A stretch of DNA of 57,926 bases, counting the filler, from Ionaspis alba (lineage: Eukaryota), in NCBI GenBank assembly GCA_964255285.1. It is 5 parts of 5 records of this genome, joined end to end, with 100 filler letters (N's around TTAATTAATTAA, not from the genome) between each part and the next. Parts side by side here need not be neighbours in the genome. Positions count along the whole stretch, not along the records: positions 34,893 to 46,380 come from CAXUUL010000552.1; positions 46,481 to 57,926 come from CAXUUL010000553.1; 3 more parts are not named here. One strand, 5' to 3'. The notes under the pieces are model-generated. The model made no database searches and was not told where the DNA came from. It saw nothing but the letters and a program-made list of their open reading frames with translations. A program made the translations under genes and the position numbers. Shown piece after piece: positions 37,285 through 48,687 of the stretch. The stretch's first letter is position 1; every line of letters begins with the position of its first letter.

Positions 37285-40200
37285 CCCACAAAACCGAGTC
37301 AGATAAGGCTCGCCCAGCGGCGTATCGTATGCCGAACCTTGTTGCGCCGCAGGCGACCCAGGTGGAGTTGCGTAATATGCCAGCTTTTCGATGTGTACGG
37401 GTTCGAAGTTTGGTGGGTCAAAACAAGAGTCGCGAAGTTGTCGTTAACAATATGGACGACGCTAGTAGTACACGATGTCGCGTCAGTCGAGCGCAGGAGC
37501 AAGGCGCGAAGAGAAAGCATGGGAAGCCTGCGAGGAGGTGACGATTCGTAGAGTGAGAGGATGTGTGGTTCAACGGTTTTGCGCGGATGGGTGGGATGGA
37601 AAGCTGCTACCGTGCCTCTCATCTCATGCACTTACCGGTCTTGCTGCAACAGTCGATATCGATCTGTTCCTGGCTTCTGCAAGATCCCTACTTCGCCTCA
37701 CGGTCCAGCGCAAGGGCTTCCCTCGTTTCCTGGACGGGAGAAGCGGAGTGAAGGTTCTAAAGCAGGTCTTGGGAGATTGGAAATGCATGAAATGAAGATC
37801 TGAAGGGCAGATTACGTAGCTGGGTTCTAGAACCGATGTGATGATATCAAAGCAGTCGAAGCTGTCGCGACAACGGTCGAAGGCAGCTGTCAACCGTTTC
37901 GATGCCCAGTGCACGAGCAGGTCTGCCCCACGATCAGATGGACAATCCGGTGTGAGAGGCCGGGATCGAGGAAGTTGTCAAGCGAGCTTCGTTCGACACC
38001 GGGCCGGTTGTAGTTGCCTGGTCTGGAGATGAACGGTTGGCAGGGACTCGAAATGAAAGACGAGAAAAGTGGCTAAGGCTAGCTCACAGGCAGAGCCTTG
38101 GGAATTGCTCCACACTAGGCGACTGAGGGTCTGGAAGCCTAGTAATTTGACGTAGCGGAGGAGAGAGATGAGTGCTGCAAGAGTCTCCACAAGGACGCGA
38201 TATAACGATTATATGAGGCTTGGGCGTGCGCCACAATCGATTGGCTGCAGACGGATGATCTCTATCCACATGGGAATATAATGACTTGTGAGAGTAGTAG
38301 TAGTAGAGGTCTGCCACCAAGACACCCCGCAATTGGATGGCATGTGGTATCGACAGGTGTGCAGGTCGCTCTTTCGCATCGATCTTGTTTCTATGGGCGA
38401 GGCGCAGCTGTCAGCAGCGGCAACAGTAGCAATAATAGTAGGCAGGATGACTAGAAGGCTTTATCCCTTCGGACGATGCACCTGGCATAGATTCGAACCA
38501 TCGGATCTCCAGCCACGTCCCCGGACCTCGGGCTGACCAAAGACGAGAGACAGAACGACTGCAAGGTACGCACCTAGATAGAGATTAGGGCCAATGGAGA
38601 GCTCGCGTCTCATGGTAGCATCGCCTTGCGGCGCTGGTTCGATTCGAGTCCAAGGTCGGCGCGCATGTAAGGCGCTACGGAGATCAGGGCAAGCCAGAAC
38701 GGTCGTAGTCGGGCGAAGTAGTACTGGAGTAGGATAGTGAGGAAGAGGGAGAGGGATTGTTGTTCCCTCCTACCGTCCCATTAATCCAGGAAACGAAAAT
38801 AACAACGCTGCACTACTTGCAAGAGGAAGGCACCAATGACAGGATAAGGAAAGAGCATCCTGCCAGATGATGAAGGGACTGGCGGACTTGCCAATTGCGG
38901 GGGCTGAGAGGTAATAAGAAATGATATGAATGGCTGGTTGGCAAATCATGGTGGGAGTATGTAATTTGGTAATCGGAGCTGGACGAGTGGGATATGGCAA
39001 AAGTCAAAGGCTGGTCAGCGGACCGTATGGCCATCCCAGATCCCAAAGCTTGAGCCAGCGCGCCGAAGGTAGGGAGGGTAGGTGGGATTCTGTTTGTTGC
39101 TTGTTTGGGGGAAAGCGTTACTCGGTCCTCCGTGCTCCGTAAGAAATCCGCCTGGATCCGTCGTCGGTGCTTCTGTATCAGCTTTGGGTCTCGACCGTTA
39201 TGCTTGAAACAGCTAAACTCTTACGAGGACGGGAGAGACGGCCACCAGACTGGTCGCCCCCTCTTCACCGTTTTCACCCCTCTTTCTGGTCAACATGGGC
39301 GAATAAGCTTCGGCGGGTGAAATGAAAGTACCGCGGGGCAAAGAGAACGGGTATGGCATGAGTATGAGTGTACCAATCGTGGCTAAGGAGATGGACTGCA
39401 CTGTTGTTTCGATCACAACACACCTGGATGCCTGGACAGGCCGGGCATTCGACATCGCCATCTCAGCACCATCGTCTGTCCTTTGTTCTGTTGTGATTTG
39501 TCGTGTCCCTAGCATCGTTGTTTAGTGAGTGACTGTTCTGCGAGCTCTAAGACCTGCAAGCCCAAAACTACTGTTTCATGAGTCAAGCACGAATCCTGTC
39601 TGTGCTGTTCGTCTTAATTAGTTTCCGCTACTCTCTTCTCTGTCTTGCCATCTTCGCTGGCAAATGATCTCGAACCAAGGAGTGCGGGAGATGCGTCAGC
39701 AACTGCGGACAGCTGCTCTGCGGGCCTCCGTTTGCCCACTGCTTGCGCCATCTACCCACCCCCCGCGGTAATTTGCGAGGCTTGTGCGTGAGGCTAGGGA
39801 GGAACAACAAAACAAACATGATTTCCGCCATGTATCTTCGAGTTTCAGACTAGGACTACCAACAGCCGGCCTTGGTCGTTGATGCCGGGAGATCAACTTT
39901 GTGGCCTAGCGACGACTGCATGGCACAGGGTTTGTCATTGGCTATTGCCAACCTCGAGCCATGCAGTGAGCCTGGTCGGCAACTGCTTAACTCACATGCG
40001 TCTGATGACGGGAATCGAACTATCCTACATGCAGTCTCCGAAACCCAGAGGCCACGAATGAGAAAATTGATGGCCATGGCGGTTGGGTTGCCAGTTTAAC
40101 ATCGAGAGTGACGGCCGCAGGGATACTCCCGGCTTCTGGAAGTAGGCCCATGAACTCATGGAAATGAAGCCTTCCTTTGCTAATCGTCTAGACTCGATAG

Positions 40201-42130
40201 CCAGTGCCGGATGCTCGGATTGGATTTACAGGAATAATGCACCAAGTGATTTATTCACGACGACAGTGTTGTTCGGGTATCGACAGCTGCGATGATGTGG
40301 CTACTTCGAGGTCTGTCAAGGGTTTTTGGAACTCTCATTTGGCCAAAGATAGTCTGCATCTATATACAGTGCTCTGACAGCAGAGAGAGCAATATAAGAG
40401 AAACAGAAAAGGTCTCAAGGCAATGGCAGAGGGGGCAATAACTACTGGCTACGAAGGTCGTTGAGAATTGCTTTTTGTGATTGTTGTGACACCAAGACGT
40501 TACAAATCTTAAATTTCATGCACTTGAGGCGCAACTTGGCCTCGGTGGCGCGCCCTGTGGGTTTCGAATTTACAGGGCCTCAATCCGCATACATTCGCGG
40601 TCATGTGAAGTCTAGGACTAGCATGCTAGTGTTCAAGGTAAAAGAGTAGCTGCAGCTGGAGTTCATTTTACCCTGCATTTGTTGTTCTTTATGTGCTACT
40701 TCTGGCCATCTCTCGCATCGCTTCTGCTTTTCGCGAGAGCTCGGCGACTTTTCTCCTCGCCCGGACCCCCCGATTATATCCTACACAACAATAATTTCCC
40801 CTCCCCAAGCTCCAATGGCTAGACTTTCGAAGCGATAGGTCTCTTCGACCCCGAGCATAAGCGAACACTCACCATAGGGAAACATACAAGATTTAGGGAT
40901 GCTAGAAACGCTAAATCGGCTCTTTTAGGGTCTTTCGTAGTTGAATCGACGACCAGACTTGTTGTAGCCAAGTGAATACACTGGAAGCAGCATAGCTCAG
41001 CCATCTCATGTAGTACACGGCTCGACTCTCCCCTCAACCTGAAGATGACAAGGGAGAGCTCATATCCGAGCAAAGGTTCTTATTGCCGTTGTGGCTTAAG
41101 CCTTTGCGGCACTTTTTCATTCTTTCGATCATCGCACTCACTACCCTTCTCACTATTGGTACCTTCCCGTAGCCTTGATCGTGCATTTGTTACTCACCTT
41201 GGCCGTCTAGCTTATTTCCAGAATATTGCCTTAATCTCGTTGTTGATCCAAGGAACATTCATTCGTGCCGAAGGAAGAGCATTACCATCAACAGACCACC
41301 ACGCACACCAATAGTTATTATTACGACTTTAGCAACGCGGACTTGTGAAGTGACCTCCGTATTACACTGTAAGTCCTAATAATAAAATCCCAATGGAATC
41401 GGGCGGAGATTGGTTTGTCTTGGTCGGAAATTGCCTCAAATCTTGTCATTTTTAGAACACACGAACATTACTCGGGAAGCCGGGCAAGAATAGTAACTTG
41501 TGAACATGGAGACCTCCACGCAGTTACTTGCGCGTCAAATCTCTATTCCAAATATGGAGTACCAAAGCCCGTTGTACGTCGCATTTCACGTGCAAACCAT
41601 CTAGGATGTCGACTTCCTGATGTCGAAAAGGGAGCTATTTCCGGAGGGAACACATGTTTCCCTCATCGCTTTGACTTCGACGTCTATGCGAACACTGGTC
41701 TCACGAATCTATTACAGGTCCCTACCGGTCTTATGCCTTCGGCTCATCAACAACTTTACTCAGCAAATCCCATGACTCGGATCCTGAGAAGTTGGGTACC
41801 GGGTGGTCCGTTGGAGCTCCAACATTAGAATCCAGACAGATTTAACCTCGACAATTTGTAACATCGCGATACGACTAATTGATCAAACCCGGCAGTTATG
41901 CGTCAATGGATAAGCAAGAAGATAACACTCTCTGTAGGGCCTCAATAACGAGAGGCGTCGATTGAAGGACCCCACAGACATCCCACAGCAGACTCCGAAA
42001 GCTGATGTTGAAGGAGCTTTCGGGCTGGCCGATGGATCACTGCAGGGCCGCGTGCATGCGGCAATCATTGTCGGAGTATTGACATTGACAATCGCGAGTA
42101 TAGCTATGTACAAACAATGCACAGCCCACT

Positions 42131-43156
42131 CTACCTCTTCACCCACGCGGGCATCTTCCTCGCCTTCAACTTCCCCGGCTTCTTGCGCTCCACCCGTCTC
42201 GGATCGCGCGTAACACACCCAGCTGCGACGAACCGCACAATTAGCCGACATCCCCGAAACCAGCACTTCCACAGCCAAAAAAGCACCAGAAAGAAAAGGA
42301 CAAACATACCTCTCCTCAACGCCGGCTTCAACGAAGGCTCATGCACCAACAAAGCCTTCGCAACCGCCAACGTAATACTCTCCGCTTGCCCCGTCAACCC
42401 CCCACCATTAACCAGCGCCCAAACATTATACTTATCCATGCGCCCCGTAGCCTTGAGCGCCCAAAGCGCGCTCTCCCGATCATGGATCCGCGCAAACGCC
42501 TGATTGATGCTCTTCCCATTCACCAGCACCTCCCCTTCGCCCTCCACCAAATACACACTCGCGCTGCTCGATTTCCGTTTCCCGTTCCCGTAAGCCCGCC
42601 CGTATTCATCGATCGTCTGTGGCCGCGGCCGGTTCGCGTACGGGTTGATGTCCCGTCTGTAGGTGTTCATGGCTTTGGCGACTTCGTCGGGCATCAGTGC
42701 GGGATGGATTCGGTTGAGGCGTTGGAGGACTTCGATGATTTTTTGGTATTTCGAGGCTTTGATCGGCTCGGCTACGAGCACCCGGTATTCGGGGAGTCGT
42801 CGCCATGCTGATCTGGGGGCTTCGGCGGGGCTGAGGGTTGGTAGGGTTTGGTATTTGCGGAGGAGAGCTTGGAGTGAGAGGAGGCTATCGGTGAAGTCCG
42901 GTTTGCCGGTGAAGTAGGATGGAGAGGCGGGTACGACGCGGGCGTACTTGGTGGAGGAGGGTGGAAGATTGTCGTAGTCTACTGAGAAGTCGATTTCTGG
43001 AGCGGCGATGGAGGATGATCGCGGTGAGCTAGTAAAATTCCGAGAGGTCGATTTTGGGAGAAGGTTTCTTGGTTGGTTTCTTCGTCGAGCAAGATGGAGA
43101 CAGCTCTTGCATTGGAAGCTTAAGCGGGGTAGCGAAACAACTGCTTTACTTGCCAT
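42131..43156 (-). CDS. MRPS9: Mitochondrial small-subunit ribosomal protein uS9m
   Basis: Basic presequence; YARVVPASPSYF, GKRKSSSA, GGGLTGQAESI and TRDPRRVERKKPGKLKARKMPAWVKR; intron 42309-42223. Confidence 0.96.
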   Translation of the reverse strand: MASKAVVSLPRLSFQCKSCLHLARRRNQPRNLLPKSTSRNFTSSPRSSSIAAPEIDFSVDYDNLPPSSTKYARVVPASPSYFTGKPDFTDSLLSLQALLRKYQTLPTLSPAEAPRSAWRRLPEYRVLVAEPIKASKYQKIIEVLQRLNRIHPALMPDEVAKAMNTYRRDINPYANRPRPQTIDEYGRAYGNGKRKSSSASVYLVEGEGEVLVNGKSINQAFARIHDRESALWALKATGRMDKYNVWALVNGGGLTGQAESITLAVAKALLVHEPSLKPALRRGMFVLFFLVLFWLWKCWFRGCRLIVRFVAAGCVTRDPRRVERKKPGKLKARKMPAWVKR

Positions 43157-43395
43157 GATACCTTGACAAGACACCCAGGGCAATCAATGCCCCTTTACTG
43201 CCTAGAGCATGAATGGTGGTGATGAAGTGAGGCTCAAGCAAATTAGCTTCGATGGTAGACGCTAGTTGACGCTAGTCTAGCGAAACATGAAATGGCTATC
43301 ACACAAATTTTGAACAACTTCTGCAACGTTGGAGCTTCGACAAACATTCAAAACACAAATACAAACGGCCATCACCGAGACGTAAATCTGCAATC

Positions 43396-44702
43396 ATGTC
43401 TTTCGGCAAGCTCTATGGATTTCAGGTGGGTATATTGCTCTAACATCAAGATGATTTCCACTCCTCTAACTTGGCGTTTCAGGGCAACGCGCGCACCACG
43501 GTCCTTCTAGCAGTCGCCAAGGCCAATAAGCTTGACATTGAATTTGTCCAGACCGAGCCAGCGAAAGGTGTTCCCACCGAGTATCTCAAGATCAACCCGT
43601 TAGGCAGGGTACCATCTTTTGAGGGAGCTGATGGCTACGTCCTGACGGAGTGTATGGCTATCGCAATCTACCGTACGTTTTTGCTGGGGCACCACCTTTT
43701 TACACCAAGCAGATTTTACCCTCGATGATGATGAGACACATTATCATTTACAGTTATCCCTGTCTGAAGATACCTGTTGAGACATTATTCACACTCTGAT
43801 CTTTCACTTCCAGCTCTACATATTTGCTGTGAGTCATGCGGAGGGACAATTCACTGATCGACGCACTAGTAACCTCTCAAAATGAGAAAACCAGTCTGCT
43901 AGGCAAGACCAAGCAGGACTACGCCTCTATAGTACGATGGATGTCCTTCATGAACACGGAAGTGCTCCCCAACATCTCCAATTATTTCCGACCAATCATT
44001 GGCCGCGATCCTTACAACAAGAAGAACGTTGAAGAAGCCCTCAAAGCTGCCAATAAAGCTACGAACGTCCTGGAGCAACACCTCCTTATCAACACCTTTC
44101 TTGTTGGCGAGCGCATGACTCTCGCTGATCTCTTCGGCGTCAGCATCCTCGGCCGCGGTTTCCAATATATCTTCGACAAGGAATGGCGCAAGATAAACCC
44201 TAACGTCACACGTTGGTACGAGACGGTCTACAACCAGCCCATCTTCTCTGAAATTCTGCCCAAGCTTAATTTCATTGACGAAGCGCTCAAGAACCAGGCG
44301 CCTGCNNNNNNNNNNNNNNNNNNNNNNNNNNNNNNNNNNNNNNNNNNNNNNNNNNNNNNNNNNNNNNNNNNNNNNNNNNNNNNNNNNNNNNNNNNNNNNN
44401 NNNNNTCCTTCCTAGGTGGCTTCTTTACCCGTCTCGAAGCCTCCCGCAAATACATCTTCGGCGCCGCCTCCGTCTACGGCAAAACCAACGATTCCGTCGT
44501 CCAAGGTGCCTTTGTCATCCGTGGCCAAGACGCAACCCCTGCCTTCGACGTCGCTCCAGACTTCGAGAGCTACGAGTTCACGAAGCTGGATCCCCACAAG
44601 AAGGAAGATAAGGAATTTGTTGATGATATGTGGAGTTGGGATAAGCCGATTGAGGTCAATGGGAAGACTTATGAGTGGGCAGATGGGAAGGTCTTCAAGT
44701 AG
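43396..44702 (+). CDS. TEF4: Translation elongation factor eEF1B-gamma (TEF4/CAM1 homologue); middle part lost in a gap
   Basis: GST-like N-domain (NPLGRVPSFEGADGYVLTECMAIAIY|LTSQNEKT; FLVGERMTLAD; RWYETV) and C-domain (GGFFTRLEASRKYIFG, FDVAPDFESYEF, ADGKVFK); introns 43426-43482 and 43673-43869. Confidence 0.96.
43725..43799 (+). ncRNA. snR38: Intronic box C/D snoRNA, snR38/SNORD38 type (LSU rRNA Gm guide)
   Basis: C box ATGATGA (43725 or 43728). Guide CAGTTATCCCTGT (43751-43763) directly precedes D' CTGA (43764-43767). C'-like GTTGAGA; D box CTGA at 43796-43799. The guide is complementary to the conserved LSU sequence ACAGGGAUAACUG, and yeast snR38 sits in the TEF4 intron. Confidence 0.92.
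44306..44405. other. Within-scaffold assembly gap (100 N) in eEF1B-gamma
   Basis: Falls where the repetitive K/E/A/P linker and the start of the C-domain are expected; the true gap is probably longer than 100 nt. Confidence 0.9.
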
Positions 44703-45057
44703 GGCGGAGACGAGGAATGAGGTATGAAGTGACGTGGTATGCTTGAGATGTGATGAGGTGATGAGCTAGCCAAGATGTGGCATCGTGATTCATGAGTGTC
44801 ATATTCCGGACTGTGGACAGCGAGCGTGCTAAGCGGAATGGAAAAGCTTTCCCCTCTCTTTGCCTTTTGATAGTGTAGAAAGCTGGGTTTGACGTACTCG
44901 ATCTCATAGACGGTTCGTTCGAAAAAACTCGAGTGCACTACCATTGAACGACTCAATGATGTAGCCTCTACCTGTATCGTTGGAAATCCCATTGACCGGG
45001 CAATTTGCCACCATTTCTAGCACTTATTGTAAGACGCTACCCTTCTTGATTATTATA

Positions 45058-46290
45058 TCAAAGGGCCAATTCCTCTGCTCCTGTTGGTCCACGTCCTTGT
45101 CTTATGAGCCCTAGCACCACCACGTATACCATGCTCTTGCTGGTACGCGTGCACAGAAGTACAGTCCAACAGACCTTCATACAAAAAGACCTGATCTTGC
45201 TGAACCAAGATCGACATACGTACACGATATGATCTGACCACGAGTAGGAGAGAATAGCTATGGTAGTGCCTAAGGCAGCCATCTGATCCAAATCGGACAG
45301 CTTACTTATGTTTGGAGGACAGATTGGACAAGGAGATGAGGCCGGGATATACGCGGGCCGTAAAGTTGAAAAAGTAAGTAGAAGCATCGTAGTTTGCCAT
45401 GTGCCCCTACCACGTTTGAGCATATCAGGAACGAGAAACATACATAGCCAAACATAATAGAGCTCGTGATGTAGTTTGCTGACGTCAAGGGGGGAATTGT
45501 CAAGAAGTACGGCAACACCAATCTGCACCTGCCAGATGATGGCGAAAGCGAAAATCGTCCAGAAGCCAAACTGTCCTTGGTTTTCCCTGTCTTTGGCAAG
45601 TTCACCGATTACCAGTGCTAATTTGGAGGCGGTCTCGAGAACCACAAGAGCCGCAACGCACTCGGCAACGTTCGCTTTGCCACTATCATCTGAACGGAGT
45701 AGCTGCCAGATCAAGTCGAAGAGTGCCACCAATGGATAGGCTAATGTGGTCAAGAGATCACCACTCAGCTTCCTTGACGACGCATTTGGTGGCAATTCAG
45801 ATGGTTTGTATCGTATGTATCGAAGGCCCACGGTCAAAGTCGTGAGCCACCAAGACAGGAACGCTCCGGGGCCGTAGAAACTTGAAATTGTATCTTCATC
45901 TGCAGCGTAGCTCCGTAAGGCTGGGATCAATACCCGAGCGTAGATTTGCGTTATGAGTAGCGGAAGAAACAAGGAATATTGTAACCGGTTGAAGTACAGG
46001 TCTCGAAGTGCAAGTCGAAAAGTACTTCGGGGGTGCGTATAGATCTGACGACACGAGCGCAACAACCTCTTGATAAAAGAGAGAAGTTTACGTATGAGGT
46101 GTTGTATTCTCCGGATGGCAAACTTGATTAGGAAGCGGAAAAGATGGTATATGGTTAGGATAAGAATCTCAAGTGAGATGTATATTAGACGGTATATGAA
46201 TCGAATAAGAAATTCAACTAAAATGTAGACTAGATAAGGTATGATTAGAAGCTTTCTTGCGAAGGCAGCAGCTGCTTTGCAAGTGTGCAT
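45058..46290 (-). CDS. Hypothetical multi-pass membrane protein (no family recognised)
   Basis: Open 410-codon frame from ATG 46290 with several hydrophobic segments (FYGPGAFLSWWLTTL; DLLTTLAYPLVALFDLIWQ; LSDLDQMAALG). The start is uncertain because it lies near the scaffold end. Confidence 0.65.
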   Translation of the reverse strand: MHTCKAAAAFARKLLIIPYLVYILVEFLIRFIYRLIYISLEILILTIYHLFRFLIKFAIRRIQHLIRKLLSFIKRLLRSCRQIYTHPRSTFRLALRDLYFNRLQYSLFLPLLITQIYARVLIPALRSYAADEDTISSFYGPGAFLSWWLTTLTVGLRYIRYKPSELPPNASSRKLSGDLLTTLAYPLVALFDLIWQLLRSDDSGKANVAECVAALVVLETASKLALVIGELAKDRENQGQFGFWTIFAFAIIWQVQIGVAVLLDNSPLDVSKLHHELYYVWLCMFLVPDMLKRGRGTWQTTMLLLTFSTLRPAYIPASSPCPICPPNISKLSDLDQMAALGTTIAILSYSWSDHIVYVCRSWFSKIRSFCMKVCWTVLLCTRTSKSMVYVVVLGLIRQGRGPTGAEELAL

Positions 46291-46380
46291 GGCTGAGCCT
46301 TTTGACCGTGAGCCCGCTTGGCATCGATATATAGCTAAGTTGCCGGCACATAGGTTCAATGAAGACGGAGAATGCAGCTT

Positions 46381-46480
46381 NNNNNNNNNNNNNNNNNNNN
46401 NNNNNNNNNNNNNNNNNNNNNNNNTTAATTAATTAANNNNNNNNNNNNNNNNNNNNNNNNNNNNNNNNNNNNNNNNNNNN
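46381..46480. other. Artificial scaffold-joining spacer (44N-TTAATTAATTAA-44N)
   Basis: Linker 12-mer at 46425-46436. Confidence 0.95.
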
Positions 46481-46672
46481 AAAATGCCCTGAAAGTAAAC
46501 AAACATATGGAAATGCCGCCATCAGCCTTATGCCTTAGGTCCGGCCCGAAGCTTAATCACATGCCAGTTGCAGCTGCCATTCAAGCTCCACTGAGCAAAC
46601 AGCTCTGCGCACCTCTTTAAGCAAAGGATCATGGCCTCAATGTGATCTTTTCCAGCTTCATGAATCTATTGA

Positions 46673-48287
46673 ATGGCTCAGCACAGAACGCCTTTGCAGG
46701 TCAACCCTGGCAAAGGCTTGGGCTTTCTAGGTACTACCAATACCCCGTTACCGACAGCATAGCTTCTGCTAATATTGATCAACAGTACTGGGAGCTTCTC
46801 TGCACGAAATTTTGACTCGACTCAAGTCACAACCTAATATTTATCCAACTATTGACCTATCATTCTCCTCCACCGAACCACTGGCGACTCCAGTCGTGGT
46901 CAGCTTGTCCCATAACGGGCTGCGTCTTCGCTTCGATGGACCAGACCAAAGGCTGAGGCTGATAGAAGTTCTCGAATTCTCCAGAACGGCCTTCACGTAC
47001 AAGAATCACGACGTTGTCAAGTTTCATGAGCACAATCAAAGTCTAGATACAGCTGTTAAGGGACCCGCCTTCCGTCAGGTCTATCACAAACTCTTCGGAC
47101 CTACGTTCTCCGGGGAATATCTTCCACCTCTTGACGGCTCACAGTCGTCTGCCGGAACTTACGTATTGTCTTATCCTGGGGTAGCGTTCTCGTTCCCACT
47201 CCAGAACTCTGCATGGTCTCCAGAAGCCGATTTTGTCTCCCTTCTCTCGTCCCCTGCCGCATCGCCCGCTAAATGCTTAACAATTTTTAATGGTTCATCC
47301 TGGCCCGACGCTCGCCAAGACCTATTCACTCGTCCTTGTCCTCATCCAAGGTCGCTTTCTTTGAGCAGCCGTGGACGTGAAGGCAGCCCCGACGAGATTG
47401 AGCTCGTGAAGATATGCGGCAACGGGCACGTAGAGATGCTGCGCCGATTCTCCCCACCATTTCATTTGATATTTAGCGAGACCACTCCTCAAGACCTAGT
47501 CGCTGAACTTGGACCACCCGACGCGATATATCGAAAGGTTGATCGACGACTGTCGATACACAAGTCTCGTACCCGAAGTCGCTCGGATCAGCACCACCCT
47601 ACAACACATTCGAATTCTCCGACATCATTCGATGGTGTGTCCGATACAGATCAATCCTCGGTTCGGACTAGTGCGGATGATTCCGACCAAGAGGCTTCAG
47701 CATCCGAGAGCAGAGATTCGTCTACTGAGTGTTTCTACAATTATTTTCATCATGGCTTTGACATTTTTGTATCTCACCCTTCATCTTCATCGCCTAGCCT
47801 CGACCCATCTCATTCTCCTGACGAGTATACCCCTCATCTCTCAAGCACAAACCACCTAGTCGCAACTAAACTACTTTTACACGCCAACGTCCCAGGCTCG
47901 TTCCCCTTCAACCGTTACCGGCGGAGTCGATGGGTGCTAGATCCAGAACAGATCACAGACGCCGGCAAGCCTGTTAATTCGGAAACATCGTTCAGTTCAC
48001 TGGCTCGTGTTCTCCGCAATGTATGGGAACACTCCTATTCAAATAAGGAAGAGAAGTATGACCTTCTGAAGCCTATGGTATTGAATCGGGGTTGGGCCGA
48101 TAGTCCTGGGAGTAGTTGTGAGCTCGCCGGGGGCTCAGAGGAAAGTGTTGATCTGTCCAAGAAGAGAGCAGCAGATCTAGTGGCAGAGAGTGGATCGAGC
48201 CTTGGAAATACCAATCTGTTCGGATTTCCGGGACTATTGTTCGAAGTCCTCAAGAACGACGCAATCAGCTGCCTGACCGTCTACTAG
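46673..48287 (+). CDS. UPF0183 family protein (PHAF1/C16orf70-like)
   Basis: Exon 1 MAQHRTPLQVNPGKGLGFL, intron 46731-46785, then VLGASLHEIL, GLRLRFDGPDQRLRLIEV, LFGPTFSG, LSYPGVAFSF, TPQDLVAELGPP, FYNYFHHGFDI, HANVPGSFPFNRY and LFEVLKNDAI. Confidence 0.9.
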
Positions 48288-48687
48288 GACACATGGGTGA
48301 GATTTTTGCCAAGCAGGCTGTGCATGAGTTAAGCAGCATGTTTTGGATATGGGTACTGGAGTTTGCGATCACGTTTAGTTGGATATGCAGATACCCTTGA
48401 GCTGTATTGTTAAAGGTGGTGGTGCAATGAATCTAGAGGGCTTCGAAATGGTTAGCTTTTGATAGGAAGAGCCATACGGGTATGGTTTAGAGTGACTCAT
48501 GTCAGCATAGACTCTCAAACAAGTCAATATACTGTAGGCTATAGGTTCAAAAAACAGGAGTCTTTTTGATTTTTTGGTAAACACCAAAATAGAAGTTGTG
48601 ATGGTTGATGATATGAACGTCGAGTTGACAGATGTCGGGCAAGTGACGACGGATGCAGGACCAATAGTTTCACGCAACAGTCATAGC

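Noticed and set aside
38620..38670. GGTTCGATTC resembling a tRNA T-loop/B-box
   Set aside because: No T-stem pairing, acceptor stem or D-arm could be built.
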